Source: Chromatiales bacterium
GTDB lineage: Bacteria > Pseudomonadota > Gammaproteobacteria > JAHELT01
Reading direction: 5' to 3'
Assembly: GCA_024644045.1 (NCBI GenBank)
Contig: JAHELT010000001.1
Span: forward strand, 48,209 to 112,208
DNA: 64,000 nt
The position numbers and the translations under genes are program-made. How positions within the stretch are numbered: position 1 is the stretch's first letter; each line of letters opens with the position of its first letter. Below are positions 11,769-23,216 of this stretch, piece by piece. The notes under the pieces were generated by a model. The model searched no databases. It had not been told where the DNA came from and saw nothing but the letters and a program-made list of their open reading frames with translations.

Positions 11769-11814
11769 TGCTAATATCCGAGTCCTTTAGTCGGATATTA
11801 GCACGCAGCTGCGT
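11769..11814. promoter_or_regulatory. Two adjacent perfect palindromes (13-bp inverted repeat with 9-nt spacer; 12-bp CAGCTG-centred palindrome) directly upstream of folE2
   Basis: tGCTAATATCCGA-gtcctttag-TCGGATATTAGCa spans 11769-11803. ACGCAGCTGCGT spans 11803-11814 and ends 1 nt before the folE2 ATG. No U-run follows, so these are more operator-like than terminator-like. Confidence 0.45.
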
Positions 11815-11815
11815 A

Positions 11816-12643
11816 ATGAAACTCGGGCATCCGGACCAACAAGCGGCGACCCTGGCGCCTGACCGCCACGACATTCCCGATGTGCAGGCGAGCGCCGATG
11901 TCCGCGAGATCGACATCCAGCGCGTCGGCATCAAGGATCTGCGCCATCCGCTGACCTTCGTGGACCGCGCCGGCACGCCGGTCAGTACCGTTGCCAGCGT
12001 CACCATGACCGTGCACCTGCCAAAGGAATACAAGGGCACGCACATGTCGCGCTTCGTCGAACTCCTGAACGAAAACCAGCAGCCGCTTTCGATCCGCGGG
12101 CTGCAGGCGCTGGTGGAGCAGATGAACCGGCGTCTGAACGCGCCGGCCGGCTACATCGCGCTCACCTTTCCGTATTTCGTGCGCAAGCAGGCGCCGGTAT
12201 CGGGCGTGCAGAGCCTGATGGACTACGTGGTGACCCTGGCCGGCTCGCTGGACGGGGAGCGCTCGGCGCTGAGCGTGAAAACCGTCATCCCGGTGACCAG
12301 CCTGTGCCCCTGCTCCAAGGAAATCAGCGACTACGGCGCCCACAATCAGCGCGCGCACGTTACGGTAAGTGCCAGCGTAGCGCCGGACATGTGGATCGAA
12401 GACCTGATCGATCTGGTAGAGGCGCAGGCGTCCAGTGAGCTGTACGCGCTGCTGAAGCGGCATGACGAGAAGTTCGTCACGGAACAGGCGTACGACAACC
12501 CCAAGTTCGTCGAGGACGTGATCCGCGACGTCGCCGCGCAGCTCAACGCAGAACCACGTATCCTCGACTACACGCTCGAAGTCGAGAACTTCGAAGCGAT
12601 TCACAATCACTCCGCCTACGCGATGATCCAGGGGCCGCGCTGA
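11816..12643 (+). CDS. folE2: GTP cyclohydrolase FolE2 (GTP cyclohydrolase IB / MptA family)
   Basis: 275-aa product; DUF198/FolE2 family features include the CPCS...H cluster (VTSLCPCSKEISDYGAHNQRAHV). Confidence 0.85.
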   Translation: MKLGHPDQQAATLAPDRHDIPDVQASADVREIDIQRVGIKDLRHPLTFVDRAGTPVSTVASVTMTVHLPKEYKGTHMSRFVELLNENQQPLSIRGLQALVEQMNRRLNAPAGYIALTFPYFVRKQAPVSGVQSLMDYVVTLAGSLDGERSALSVKTVIPVTSLCPCSKEISDYGAHNQRAHVTVSASVAPDMWIEDLIDLVEAQASSELYALLKRHDEKFVTEQAYDNPKFVEDVIRDVAAQLNAEPRILDYTLEVENFEAIHNHSAYAMIQGPR

Positions 12644-12683
12644 TCCTTTTCACGCCGCTCCCCGGACCGCTGAATGGGCACAT

Positions 12684-13451
12684 TCAAACGTCGAACCAGG
12701 CGGACTCGTGCTCCTGCGCCAGCACCTGCGGCCACTCGGGCGCGCAGCCTAGCGCGTCGCTCACACAGCGCAGCGCCGTTTGCGGCGTGTTGTTATTGCT
12801 GCTGATGTGCGCCAGCAGCAACGTCTGCAGCTGCTCGGTGCCGATACGTTGCAGCAATTCCGCAGCCTGACGGTTCTCCAGGTGGCCGTATGAGCTGGCG
12901 ACGCGCGCCTGCACGGCCGGCGGGTAGGGCCCTTCCCGCAACATGTCGGCGTCGTGATTGCACTCCAGGATCAGGCCGCGACACCCCTCCAGATGACTGA
13001 CGATATGCGGCGTGATCGAGCCGGTGTCGGTGAGCACACCCAGCCTCGCCTCGCGGTGCGCAAACACGAACTGGCAGGGTTCGGCCGCATCGTGCGGGAC
13101 CGGGAACGGATGGACCTCCAGCTCGTCGATGTGCAGCACGCCGTGCGCGTGAATCGGAATGGCGCGCGGTATATCGCCGTCGCGCAGCATGGCAAGGGTT
13201 CCGTAAGTGATCCATACGGGCAGGTCGTAACGCCGCGCCAGCGCCCCCACGCCGGCAGCGTGATCTGAATGCTCGTGCGTGACCAGCAGGCCGGTCAGCT
13301 GCGCGGGATCGAGGCCGAGGTTGGCGAGGCGCCGGACCGTCTCCTTGACGGTGAAGCCGCAGTCCAGCAGCAGACAGGTATCGCCCGCGCTTACCAGGGT
13401 GGCGTTGCCCGCGCTGCCGCTTCCCAGTGAGGCGAAGCGCAGGTGCGTCAA
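12684..13451 (-). CDS. MBL-fold metallo-hydrolase
   Basis: THEHSDH metal-binding motif with a downstream His/Asp pattern. I moved the start to the TTG at 13451 ([16 protein letters not shown]...), whose TTG overlaps the bamC TGA (TTGA), because the longer ORF-track N-terminus overlaps bamC. Confidence 0.75.
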   Translation of the reverse strand: MTHLRFASLGSGSAGNATLVSAGDTCLLLDCGFTVKETVRRLANLGLDPAQLTGLLVTHEHSDHAAGVGALARRYDLPVWITYGTLAMLRDGDIPRAIPIHAHGVLHIDELEVHPFPVPHDAAEPCQFVFAHREARLGVLTDTGSITPHIVSHLEGCRGLILECNHDADMLREGPYPPAVQARVASSYGHLENRQAAELLQRIGTEQLQTLLLAHISSNNNTPQTALRCVSDALGCAPEWPQVLAQEHESAWFDV

Positions 13452-14575
13452 CGAAATTCCTGGTACAGACGGCGCAGGATCTCCTGCTCCAGCGCGGGAA
13501 GCTTCGACGAGCCCGTGGTGTCGGCAATCGAAATACGCGTCTGTCCCGGCTCCTCCCGGACATACACCTGGTAGTACTGCTCTACCTCGTCGTCGCCGCC
13601 GAACAGCGTAGAGAAAAAACCGCTGTCCTCGTCCGCGGCAGCGGTTTGCGGCATCCTTGCCTGCACGTTCTCCGGCAGCGCGCCCGAGAACAGGACTTCG
13701 TAGCGGAATTCCGTTTTCAACGTCTGCTCGATCTCCAGCCCGATGTCCTCCAGCGCCTCGCCGGTTCTTATCCATACGCGCGGAAAGGTATCGGCGATCA
13801 CCAGGCTCGGGCGGCCGTCCACTTCATCCAGGTACGCGCGGGCCGCCAGTTGCTGAGCCTGTTGCAGCGTCAGCACGCCCCGGGCGATCTGCTCCTTCAC
13901 GCCCAGGTACACGAGCAGGCGCAGCATCATTTCCGTTTCCCGCTCCGCGTCGGGCGGGCGCCTGGCGTAGTAGAAGTCGCCGACCTGGCGGCTGCCGACT
14001 TCTTCGGCGAGCGTCTGCTCCATGCGCCGCTGGGTCAGAAACACGCGCACCCGGGTTTCGCTCCCGTCGATGCGCTCCAGGCGCAGGCGAAAGCGTTCCC
14101 TGGCATCGCTCGAGGCCGTTGAGAACAACTTGGCGACTCCCCCCTGGCTCGCACGCGAATCCGCCACGTCCCGCCATTGCGTCTCGATCAGACCCAGCAG
14201 CGGCTCATCACGCGCTATGGCGAAACCCGACTGGGTGAAGAAATCCTTGAGCGACGGCCAGAGTTCGCGCGCATTTGCGTCCGCTTCCAGCCAGCGCAGA
14301 CGCCCGTCGCGCACCAGGCGCACAGACTCCGGGTCGGGCAGCAGGGTGCTGTGCGTGATTGCGCTCTTGCCGCCCTCCGGCAGGCGCAGCAGCGACTGGC
14401 GCAGGCTGCCGGAAACGTCCGGGGGAACTTCGAGCAGCGCGCGCTCCTCGGCCGAGGGGTAGGCGACCATCGGGTCGTCCCCGCGCGGGCCGACGAGACT
14501 GCAGGCGGCAAGGGCGACGACGAGGCCGTACGCCGTCAGCGCGCGGCTCAAAGGAATCAACGGCGCTAGCCTCAA
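13448..14575 (-). CDS. bamC: Outer membrane protein assembly factor BamC (NlpB lipoprotein)
   Basis: Lipobox LVVALAAC-S and NlpB/DapX family similarity. It lies immediately downstream of dapA with a 4-nt overlap, the classical dapA-bamC operon. Confidence 0.85.
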   Translation of the reverse strand: MRLAPLIPLSRALTAYGLVVALAACSLVGPRGDDPMVAYPSAEERALLEVPPDVSGSLRQSLLRLPEGGKSAITHSTLLPDPESVRLVRDGRLRWLEADANARELWPSLKDFFTQSGFAIARDEPLLGLIETQWRDVADSRASQGGVAKLFSTASSDARERFRLRLERIDGSETRVRVFLTQRRMEQTLAEEVGSRQVGDFYYARRPPDAERETEMMLRLLVYLGVKEQIARGVLTLQQAQQLAARAYLDEVDGRPSLVIADTFPRVWIRTGEALEDIGLEIEQTLKTEFRYEVLFSGALPENVQARMPQTAAADEDSGFFSTLFGGDDEVEQYYQVYVREEPGQTRISIADTTGSSKLPALEQEILRRLYQEFR

Positions 14576-15447
14576 AGCGCGCCCGCGGTACGCAACGCGG
14601 CACGCACGTTATCGTGCGCCGCATCTGAAAGCCAGGTCAGCGGCAGGCGGATGCCGGTTTCGATCAGCCCCATCTGCTCGAGCGCCCATTTGACCGGGAT
14701 TGGATTGGATTCGATGAACAGCTCGCGGTGTAACGGATCGAGTACGTCGTTTATTTCCGTCGCCGCCGCACGATCGCCGGCCAGCGCCGCATTGCACATC
14801 TCGTGCATCAGCCGGGGCGCCACGTTGGCCGTCACCGAGATCACACCGTGCCCGCCGGCCAGCATCACTTCCTTGCCGCTGTGATCTTCGCCTGAATAGA
14901 CCGCGAAATCGTCGTCGCAGCGCCCGATAATGTCGCTGGCGCGCTGCACGTTGCCGGTGGCCTCCTTGATACCGATGATGTTCGGCACCGCCGAAAGCCG
15001 CACGACCGTGTCCGGCAGCATGTCGCAGGCGGTGCGCCCGGGTACGTTGTAGAGAATCTGGTCTATGGCCACCGCTTCGGCTACCGCCTTGAAGTGCAGA
15101 TACAGGCCCTCCTGGGTCGGCTTGTTGTAGTACGGCGTAACCAGCAGGCAGGCATCGACCCCGGCGTCCTTGGCGTTCTGCGTCAGCTCGATGGCTTCGC
15201 TGGTCGAATTGGCCCCGGTGCCGCCGATGACCGGAATTCGACCGGCCACCAGATCGACGATGCGTTTGATGACGTAGCTGTGCTCCGGGATGTCCAGGGT
15301 CGCCGACTCTCCGGTGGTGCCGACCGCAACGATCGCGTCGGTTCCATTTTCGATGTGGAAGTCGACCAGCCGCGCCAGGGAATCCTCATCCAGTGCCCCG
15401 TCCGCGTACATGGGGGTTACCATTGCAACCATGCTACCTTTGAACAT
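14572..15447 (-). CDS. dapA: 4-hydroxy-tetrahydrodipicolinate synthase
   Basis: 291-aa product [13 protein letters not shown]...GTTGES.TL... with the DHDPS signature and a conserved Lys region. Confidence 0.96.
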   Translation of the reverse strand: MFKGSMVAMVTPMYADGALDEDSLARLVDFHIENGTDAIVAVGTTGESATLDIPEHSYVIKRIVDLVAGRIPVIGGTGANSTSEAIELTQNAKDAGVDACLLVTPYYNKPTQEGLYLHFKAVAEAVAIDQILYNVPGRTACDMLPDTVVRLSAVPNIIGIKEATGNVQRASDIIGRCDDDFAVYSGEDHSGKEVMLAGGHGVISVTANVAPRLMHEMCNAALAGDRAAATEINDVLDPLHRELFIESNPIPVKWALEQMGLIETGIRLPLTWLSDAAHDNVRAALRTAGAL

Positions 15448-15517
15448 TGGCCTTACTCATCGTGGGATGGCGGTAAGTGCGTAGTATAGGTTGCCGGGCA
15501 GTCGCCCGCCACGCGCA

Positions 15518-16009
15518 ATGGCGGCGCCCGACCCGTCCATCACCGACGTGCAACGCCTGGGAGCAACGACCGTGACCAGCGTTAAACCGGGCGCCAAGGT
15601 GCCCGACTTCACCGCGGCCGCCACCGGCGGGCGCAAGATTAAACTTTCGCAATTGAAGGGCAGCAATGTCGTGTTCTACTTCTACCCCAGGGACAACACG
15701 CCGGGTTGCGCGACCGAGGGGCAGGACTTCCGCGATCGTGCGGAAGTCTTGAGCGAAGCCAACACCGTCATCTTCGGCATTTCCCGCGTCAGCCTCAAAA
15801 GCTTCGACCTGGTGTCCGACCCGGACGAGGCGCTGTGCGAGTTGTTCGACGTGATCAAGATGAAAAACATGTACGCCACGAAGGTGCGCGGCATCGAACG
15901 CAGCACGTTTCTGATCGACGCCGGGGGCGTGTTGCGCAACGAATGGCGGAAAGTCAAAGTGAACGGCCACACCGACGAAGCGCTGGCCGCCGCGGCGAAG
16001 CTGCTGTAG
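15518..16009 (+). CDS. bcp: Thioredoxin-dependent peroxiredoxin Bcp
   Basis: Aligns to E. coli Bcp (KVPDFTAAATGG..VVFYFYPRDNTPGCATEGQDF). The exact start is uncertain; it is either the internal ATG at 15518 or a downstream GTG. Confidence 0.85.
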   Translation: MAAPDPSITDVQRLGATTVTSVKPGAKVPDFTAAATGGRKIKLSQLKGSNVVFYFYPRDNTPGCATEGQDFRDRAEVLSEANTVIFGISRVSLKSFDLVSDPDEALCELFDVIKMKNMYATKVRGIERSTFLIDAGGVLRNEWRKVKVNGHTDEALAAAAKLL

Positions 16010-16022
16010 CGCCCGCCCGCGT

Positions 16023-16478
16023 ATGGCTATCGAGCTCTCTGTGCGCCCTTACGCCGACGGCGATTACCAGGCACTCGTGGCGCTGTGGTCCGGGTGCGGG
16101 CTGCTGCGCCCGTGGAACGACCCCCGGCTCGACATCGAGCGCTGCCTCAGCACGCCGTCGAGCGAGATACTGGTCGCCGATCATCCCGCGCGCGAGGGGC
16201 TCGCCGCCAGCGTCATGCTGGGCAGTGACGGGCATCGCGGGTGGCTTTACTACCTGGCCGTGGCCCCCGATCTACGCCGCAGCGGGCATGGGCGGGAAAT
16301 CGTGCGCGCCGCAGAGCGGTGGCTGGAAAAGCACGGCGTCGGCAAGGTGATGCTCATGCTGCGCCCCGATAACGAGGCGATCATGGGTTTCTACCGTGCG
16401 GCCGGCTACGAGATAGAAGAGCGAGTCCTGATGGCCCACTGGCTGCAGCCGAAGGCGGAAGAGGTGCCACCCGACTAG
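16023..16478 (+). CDS. GNAT family N-acetyltransferase
   Basis: 151-aa product with acetyl-CoA binding motif region (LAVAPDLRRSGHGREIV). Confidence 0.8.
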   Translation: MAIELSVRPYADGDYQALVALWSGCGLLRPWNDPRLDIERCLSTPSSEILVADHPAREGLAASVMLGSDGHRGWLYYLAVAPDLRRSGHGREIVRAAERWLEKHGVGKVMLMLRPDNEAIMGFYRAAGYEIEERVLMAHWLQPKAEEVPPD

Positions 16479-16479
16479 G

Positions 16480-16800
16480 GAAGCTCTGAACAAGTCATCC
16501 ATGACTTGTCAGAGAAACGCAAAGCGAAAAGTGTGATTTTCGCTTGCGTTTCGAAATCAACAACTTGAAAAGTCGTCGATTTCGTCGGCACGTCCCTGTG
16601 CCGAAGGGAACCTCAGCTTTGCAGAGGTTCCCTAGGGCCTGTTAACGCAATGCGAGTACCCATCGTTGGCTCTCCAATGAGGCCAGGCAAGGCGCGCGGG
16701 GCAGTTTGGTCATCCAAACAAGGCCTGCTCAACGCCGCAGGGCCTCATTGGAGAGTCAACCCGCAGGGACGGGGCCGTTTTTTCCCCGCCGGACGCGCTG
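16480..16800. other. Low-GC (~47% vs ~67% flanks), hairpin-dense convergent intergenic region; candidate small RNA or remnant repetitive element
   Basis: At least five stem-loops are packed into ~320 bp. These include gaacaagtcat/atgacttgtcag, gaaacgcaaagcgaaaa-N6-ttttcgcttgcgtttc, cggcac-N6-gtgccg, gggaacctc-N9-gaggttccc, and a 15-17-bp inverted repeat ggctctccaatgaggcc (16667) / ggcctcattggagagtc (16741). The region ends in GGGGCCG-TTTTTT (16768-16785). Confidence 0.3.
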
Positions 16801-16802
16801 AC

Positions 16803-17879
<1,077 letters not shown>

Positions 17880-17986
17880 AGGTGCTACCTCCAGAGCATC
17901 GGCGGTCAGCCCTGCCCGGTTACCTGACCGTATGCCGTTACTTGATTTCGGAACCCGGTTTTCAATGACCCGACCGGCGGCCGCGC

Positions 17987-20900
17987 TCAGGCTGCCGTCG
18001 CCAGCGGTGGTTTGTCGTACGCTTCACGCAGCGCCCGCTCCTTCTGCTTAACGGCGGCAATGGCAGCCAGCTTGATGGGGCCGAACCCGCGGATCTCGCC
18101 GGGCAGCTCGGCCAGCGCGAGCGCGGCGGCGTGATTGTCACGGCTCAAGGTCGCGCAGACATGCTCGATCAATGCTTCGTAGTCGGCGATGAGTTGGCGC
18201 TCGAGCCGCCGCTCGGCCTGGTAGCCGAACGGGTCGAGGCGGGTACCGCGCAGCATCTTGCCACGCGCCAGCAGACCGAACAGACGCAGCATCCAGGGTC
18301 CGAAGGTGCGCTTGCGCGGCCGGCCTCGCGCATCGGGACGCGCGAGCAGCGGCGGGGCGAGGTGCACTTTCAGGCGGAAATCGCCGGCGAACTGCCGTTC
18401 CACGGCCCGGCGGAAACGTCCGTCGCTGTACAGGCGGGCGACCTCGTACTCGTCTTTATAGGCCAGCAGTTTTGCGTAATTGCGGGCCACCGCCGTCGCG
18501 AGGCCGGTGGCCTCGCCGGCAACCCGCTGCTCCAGCTCGCGTACCCGCTCGACGAGCTGACTGTAGCGACCGGCATACGCGGCATTCTGGTATGCCGCCA
18601 GGTGGGCGGCCCGGTGCTCGACAACCCCGGTCAGTGTCCCGGGCTCGGCGCCGTTCGACGTGTCACCGGCCGCGCGCTTGACCGCGTCCGGATCGTGAGC
18701 GCAGTATCGTCCCCAGGCGAAGGCGCGTTTGTTGCTCTCGACGGCCACGCCGTTCAGCTCGATAGCGCGTTGCAGCGCGGCATCCGAAAGCGGCAGCAGA
18801 CCTTTCTGGTAGGCGAAGCCGACCATGAAGAGATTGGTTGCGATGGCGTCACCGCACAGCGCGGTCGCCAGCTTTGTGGCATCGATGAAGTGCGCTTTGT
18901 CCTGGCCGACGGCTTCACCGATGGCGGCGGGCATGGCAGCACCGGAAAAATCCATATCGCGCGCGCGAATGAACTGAGCGGTCATCGCCTCGTGCGAGTT
19001 GATCACGGCGTGCGTGTAGCGGCTGTCGACTTTCGACAAGGCATCGAAGCCTGCAGCGACGACCAGATCGCACCCGAGCAGCAGGTGCGCTTCGCCGGCC
19101 GGAATGCGCACCGTGTTGATGGCGTCCGGACGCGCGGCGATGCGCGTGTGACTCACCACTGCACCGAACTTCTGAGCGAGGCCGGTCATATCGAGGACCG
19201 TGCAGCCTTTATTCTCCAGATGCGCGGCCATGCCCAGCAGCGCCCCTATGGTTACCACGCCGGTTCCCCCGACGCCGGTGATCACCACGTTGTAGGTCTC
19301 GTCCAGCGCGATTGCCGGCGGCGCCGGCAAGTCGCCCGGCGGATCCTGCGCGGCCGGTTTGCGCAGCTCGCCGCCGTGCACGGTGACGAAGCTCGGGCAG
19401 AATCCGTCCACACAGCTGAAGTCCTTGTTGCACGACGACTGATCGATCGCGCGCTTGACGCCGAACTCGGTTGCCAGGGGCACCACGGACAGGCAGTTGG
19501 ACTGCACGCTGCAATCGCCGCACGTTTCGCACACCAGGTGATTGATGAAGGCCCGCTTCGGCGGGTCGGCGAGCACACCGCGCTTGCGCCGCCGGCGCTT
19601 TTCGGCAGCGCAGGTCTGCACGTAGACCAGCACCGAGGTGCCCGCGTGCTCGCGCAGTTCGCGCTGCACCTGCTCGAACTCCTCGCGCACGTGCGTCGTC
19701 ACGCCCTGTGCCATCTCGGAACGGTCGAGCTCGGCATCCTCGTCACCGAGCACCACGGCGATGCGGCGTACCCCCTCGCCGTAGAGCTGGTGCGTGATCT
19801 GTGCAACGCTCAGGCTACCTTCCAGGGGCTGGCCGCCCGTCATCGCCACCGCATCGTTGTACAGGATCTTGAATGTGATGTTGACGCGCGCCGCGAGCGT
19901 CGCACGGATCGCCAGTATTCCGGAATGGAAGTAAGTGCCGTCGCCGAGGTTCGCGAACACGTGCTCCGTTTCGGTAAACGGCGCCTGCCCGATCCACGGC
20001 ACGCCCTCACCGCCCATCTGCGTGAACGTCTGCGTGCTGCGATCCATCCAGGTCGCCATGTAATGGCAGCCGATGCCCGCCATGGCGCGGCTGCCCTCGG
20101 GAACCCGCGTCGAGGTGTTGTGCGGACAGCCCGAACAGAAATGCGGCACGCGCTCCAGCAGGGCGCGCGGCCTTGCCAGCGCCTCTTCCTTGCGCTTGAG
20201 GAAATCCAGGCGCTCGTGAATCGCGTCACTGTCGAAGAAGCGCGTGATACGTGCCGCAATCACCCGCGCGATGCGTGCCGGCGTCAGCTCGCTGGTGGAG
20301 GGCAGGATCCACTCACCGCGCTCGTCGAACTTGCCGATCACGCGCGGGCGCACGTCCTCGCGCCAGTTGTACAGCTGCTCCTTGAGCTGATTCTCGATGA
20401 CCGCGCGCTTCTCCTCAACCACCAGCACTTCGTCGAGGCCGCGCGCGAAGTCGCGTACCGTTTCGCGCTCGAGCGGCCAGCTCATACCGACTTTCAGCAC
20501 CCGCAGACCGATGTCCGCGGCCATCTCCAGGTCGATACCCAGGTCCTCGAGCGCCTGGCACACGTCGAGGTAGGACTTGCCCGTGGTGACGATCCCGAGG
20601 CGCGGATGCGGGCTGTCGACCACCACCTGGTTCAGATTGTTGGCCCGCGCGAACGCCAGCGCCGCGTACAGCTTCTGGCGCTGCAGCCGCATCTCCTGCT
20701 GCAGCGGCGGATCGGGCCAGCGGATGTGCAGCCCCTCCTGCGGGTAGTCGAAATCCTCGGGCAGCACGATGCGCGGCTGCTCGACGTCGATCTCGATGGT
20801 CGCCGAGGAGTCGACGGTCTCGGCGATCGTCTTGAACCCCACCCAGCAGCCGCTGTAGCGCGACAGCGCGAACCCGAGCAGACCCATGGGCAGAATTTCG

Positions 20901-21433
20901 CGCACACCCGCCGGGTTCAGCACCGGGATCTCGGCGGCCATGAAAGCGTATTCGCTCTGGTGTGGAAGAGTCGAGGATTTGCACGCATGGTCGTCGCCGG
21001 CAATGACCAGCACCCCGCCGTGCTTCGAACTGCCCGCGGCGTTCCCGTGCTTGAGCACGTCGCCGCTGCGGTCCACGCCCGGCCCCTTGCCGTACCACAT
21101 GGCGAACACGCCGTCGTAGCGGGCGCCGGCGAACAGGTTGACCTGCTGGCTGCCCCACACTGCGGTCGCGCCCAGGTCCTCGTTGATCGCCGGCTGGAAA
21201 CGCACGTGATGCTCGTCGAGGTACCGCTGGGCGCGCCACAGGGCCAGGTCCAGTCCGCCCAGCGGCGAGCCGCGGTAGCCGGAGACGAACCCCGCCGTGT
21301 TCAGGCCGGCGGCCAGATCGCGCTGGCGCTGCAGCATCGGCAGACGCACCAGCGCCTGGATACCGTTCAGAAACACGCGTCCGCGGGCGCGTGTGTACTT
21401 GTCGTCAAGCGTTACTTCGGCGAGAGCAGCCAT
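17987..21433 (-). CDS. Indolepyruvate/2-oxoacid:ferredoxin oxidoreductase family protein (fused alpha-beta, ~1150 aa)
   Basis: 1148-aa product [14 protein letters not shown]...[15 protein letters not shown]... carries a ThDP-binding domain and a Cys cluster ([13 protein letters not shown]). This is the typical proteobacterial fused IOR. Confidence 0.85.
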   Translation of the reverse strand: MAALAEVTLDDKYTRARGRVFLNGIQALVRLPMLQRQRDLAAGLNTAGFVSGYRGSPLGGLDLALWRAQRYLDEHHVRFQPAINEDLGATAVWGSQQVNLFAGARYDGVFAMWYGKGPGVDRSGDVLKHGNAAGSSKHGGVLVIAGDDHACKSSTLPHQSEYAFMAAEIPVLNPAGVREILPMGLLGFALSRYSGCWVGFKTIAETVDSSATIEIDVEQPRIVLPEDFDYPQEGLHIRWPDPPLQQEMRLQRQKLYAALAFARANNLNQVVVDSPHPRLGIVTTGKSYLDVCQALEDLGIDLEMAADIGLRVLKVGMSWPLERETVRDFARGLDEVLVVEEKRAVIENQLKEQLYNWREDVRPRVIGKFDERGEWILPSTSELTPARIARVIAARITRFFDSDAIHERLDFLKRKEEALARPRALLERVPHFCSGCPHNTSTRVPEGSRAMAGIGCHYMATWMDRSTQTFTQMGGEGVPWIGQAPFTETEHVFANLGDGTYFHSGILAIRATLAARVNITFKILYNDAVAMTGGQPLEGSLSVAQITHQLYGEGVRRIAVVLGDEDAELDRSEMAQGVTTHVREEFEQVQRELREHAGTSVLVYVQTCAAEKRRRRKRGVLADPPKRAFINHLVCETCGDCSVQSNCLSVVPLATEFGVKRAIDQSSCNKDFSCVDGFCPSFVTVHGGELRKPAAQDPPGDLPAPPAIALDETYNVVITGVGGTGVVTIGALLGMAAHLENKGCTVLDMTGLAQKFGAVVSHTRIAARPDAINTVRIPAGEAHLLLGCDLVVAAGFDALSKVDSRYTHAVINSHEAMTAQFIRARDMDFSGAAMPAAIGEAVGQDKAHFIDATKLATALCGDAIATNLFMVGFAYQKGLLPLSDAALQRAIELNGVAVESNKRAFAWGRYCAHDPDAVKRAAGDTSNGAEPGTLTGVVEHRAAHLAAYQNAAYAGRYSQLVERVRELEQRVAGEATGLATAVARNYAKLLAYKDEYEVARLYSDGRFRRAVERQFAGDFRLKVHLAPPLLARPDARGRPRKRTFGPWMLRLFGLLARGKMLRGTRLDPFGYQAERRLERQLIADYEALIEHVCATLSRDNHAAALALAELPGEIRGFGPIKLAAIAAVKQKERALREAYDKPPLATAA

Positions 21434-21820
21434 GCGGTCTCCCGGAACAGACGCGGTGACGGCCTGGAGGTGGCCGCCGGCACGCTGCTCAGCAGAGCGT
21501 GGATGAGGTGCAGGACTGCCGCCGGGAGCCGGCGCAACATATCGCCGGCCGGGTGTAGGGCCAATCGGTCATCGGTTCCTCCATCACAGGATCGCTGCAC
21601 GGGGTCGTCTGAGCACGCGCTGTCGCCCTTTTGAGGCTGGCGCGGCGCTACTCTAGTTCGACCCGGGCAAGCGGTCAATTGTTCCAGCCGCTGGCGCCGG
21701 CGCGGCGCAAGCGGCGCGCGGCGCTACCCTCGTCAATGGGTCATACATATTGGGTGCCAGCCCGGTTCGAGCAAGGAGGTCGCCACCTCCACGCCGCCCC
21801 CGGCCGGGCGGGTGCGGCGC

Positions 21821-23215
21821 TCAGACGTTGACGACCTTCCCGGGATTCATGAGATTGTGGGGGTCCAGGGCCTGCTTGACGGTGCGCATCACGGCCACGG
21901 CCTCGCCGTGCTCCGCGTGCAGGAACTCCAGCTTGCCGTAGCCGATGCCGTGCTCCCCGGTGCAGGTGCCCTCCATCGCCAGCGCGCGCATTATCAGCCG
22001 CTCGTTCAGTGCCTTGGTGCGTGCCACTTCCTCCGCATCGTCGGGATCGACGACCAGGGCCAGGTGGAAATTCCCGTCGCCGACGTGGCCCACGATCGGC
22101 GCGAACAGCCTGCTCTCGTCCACGTCGCGGCGTGTCTCGAGGATGCACTCCGCGAGCCGCGAGATCGGCACGCACACGTCGGTGGCCCACAGCTGCCCGC
22201 CGGGCCGCGCCGCTTTAGCGGCGTAGGCCGCGTCGTGGCGCGCCTGCCAGAGCGTGGTGCGCTCTTCCACGTTGCTGGTCCAGGCAAATTCCCGACCGCC
22301 CTCGTCGGCGGCGAGCGCACCCACCGTTTGCGCCTGCTCCGCCACCGACGCCTCGCTGCCGTGGAACTCGAGGAACAGCGTCGGGGCAACGGTCAGCGAC
22401 AACCCCGAGTAGTGGTTGACGGCATCTATCTGTACCTCGTCGAGCAGCTCGATGCGGGCCACGGGCACGCCCGATTGTATGGTCATGATCACGGTGTTGA
22501 CGGCACCCTCCAGGGTGTCGAACGCGCACACGGCCGACGATATCGCTTCCGGGATGCCGTGCACCCGCAGCGTGATCTCGGTGATGATACCGAGCGTCCC
22601 TTCGGAACCCACGAACAGCCGCGTAAGGTCGTAGCCGGCCGCGGACTTGCGCGCGCGCCGGCCGGTCCTGATGACACGCCCGTCGGCAAGCACCACGGTC
22701 AGCGCCAGCACCGCTTCGCGCATCGTCCCGTAGCGCACCGCGTTGGTACCGGAGGCGCGCGTGGCCGTCATCCCGCCCAACGAGGCGTCGGCGCCGGGAT
22801 CGATCGGGAAGAACAGGCCGGTGTCGCGCAGGTGCGTATTCAGCTGCTTGCGCGTCACCCCCGGCTGCACGACCACGTCCAGATCCTCCGCGTTGACTTT
22901 GACGATCTCGTTCATCTGCATCATGTCGACGCATACACCGCCCGCCAGCGCCGCGACGTGCCCCTCGAGCGATGTGCCCGTGCCGTACGCAATCATTGGC
23001 ACCCGCGCCGCGGCGCAGATACTCGCGATGGTCGACACTTCCTCGGTGCTGCGCGGGTACACCACCGCCTGCGGCGGCGCGCCCGGGTGGTAAGACTCGT
23101 CCCGGCCGTGGCGCTCGCAGATCGCTTTCGACGTGGTCAACCGCTCGCCCAGCAGCTCACGCAGCTGTGTCAGCGTGGGATCGATGTCGACGACCTGGGT
23201 GAGGGGTGTGGCCAT
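21821..23215 (-). CDS. FAD-binding oxidoreductase (GlcD / D-lactate dehydrogenase family)
   Basis: 464-aa product with an FAD_binding_4 domain (VVYPRSTEEVSTIASICAAARVPMIAYGTGTSLEG) and an FAD-oxidase C-terminal domain. Confidence 0.85.
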   Translation of the reverse strand: MATPLTQVVDIDPTLTQLRELLGERLTTSKAICERHGRDESYHPGAPPQAVVYPRSTEEVSTIASICAAARVPMIAYGTGTSLEGHVAALAGGVCVDMMQMNEIVKVNAEDLDVVVQPGVTRKQLNTHLRDTGLFFPIDPGADASLGGMTATRASGTNAVRYGTMREAVLALTVVLADGRVIRTGRRARKSAAGYDLTRLFVGSEGTLGIITEITLRVHGIPEAISSAVCAFDTLEGAVNTVIMTIQSGVPVARIELLDEVQIDAVNHYSGLSLTVAPTLFLEFHGSEASVAEQAQTVGALAADEGGREFAWTSNVEERTTLWQARHDAAYAAKAARPGGQLWATDVCVPISRLAECILETRRDVDESRLFAPIVGHVGDGNFHLALVVDPDDAEEVARTKALNERLIMRALAMEGTCTGEHGIGYGKLEFLHAEHGEAVAVMRTVKQALDPHNLMNPGKVVNV

Positions 23216-23216
23216 G

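Noticed and set aside
16657-16710. 16-aa minus-strand micro-ORF MGTRIALTGPREPLQS with a GGAGAG RBS inside the structured region
   Set aside because: It is too short, has no downstream gene to regulate and no conservation evidence. It is probably coincidental.
16480-16800. Identification of the structured region as 6S RNA, tmRNA, RNase P RNA or a riboswitch
   Set aside because: It has no tRNA-like 5'/3' pairing with CCA (tmRNA), no P4 pseudoknot consensus (RNase P) and no 6S central-bubble architecture. It lies between convergent genes, so it cannot be a leader riboswitch. It is kept only as an unclassified candidate.
18131-21634. 1167-aa plus-strand ORF antisense to the IOR oxidoreductase
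   Set aside because: It is a shadow ORF. The IOR frame has clear ThDP and Fe-S motifs, while the antisense frame is low-complexity.
21755-21775. tRNA-like T-loop fragment (GGTTCGAGC)
   Set aside because: There is no acceptor stem, anticodon arm or downstream TCC; this is an isolated chance match.
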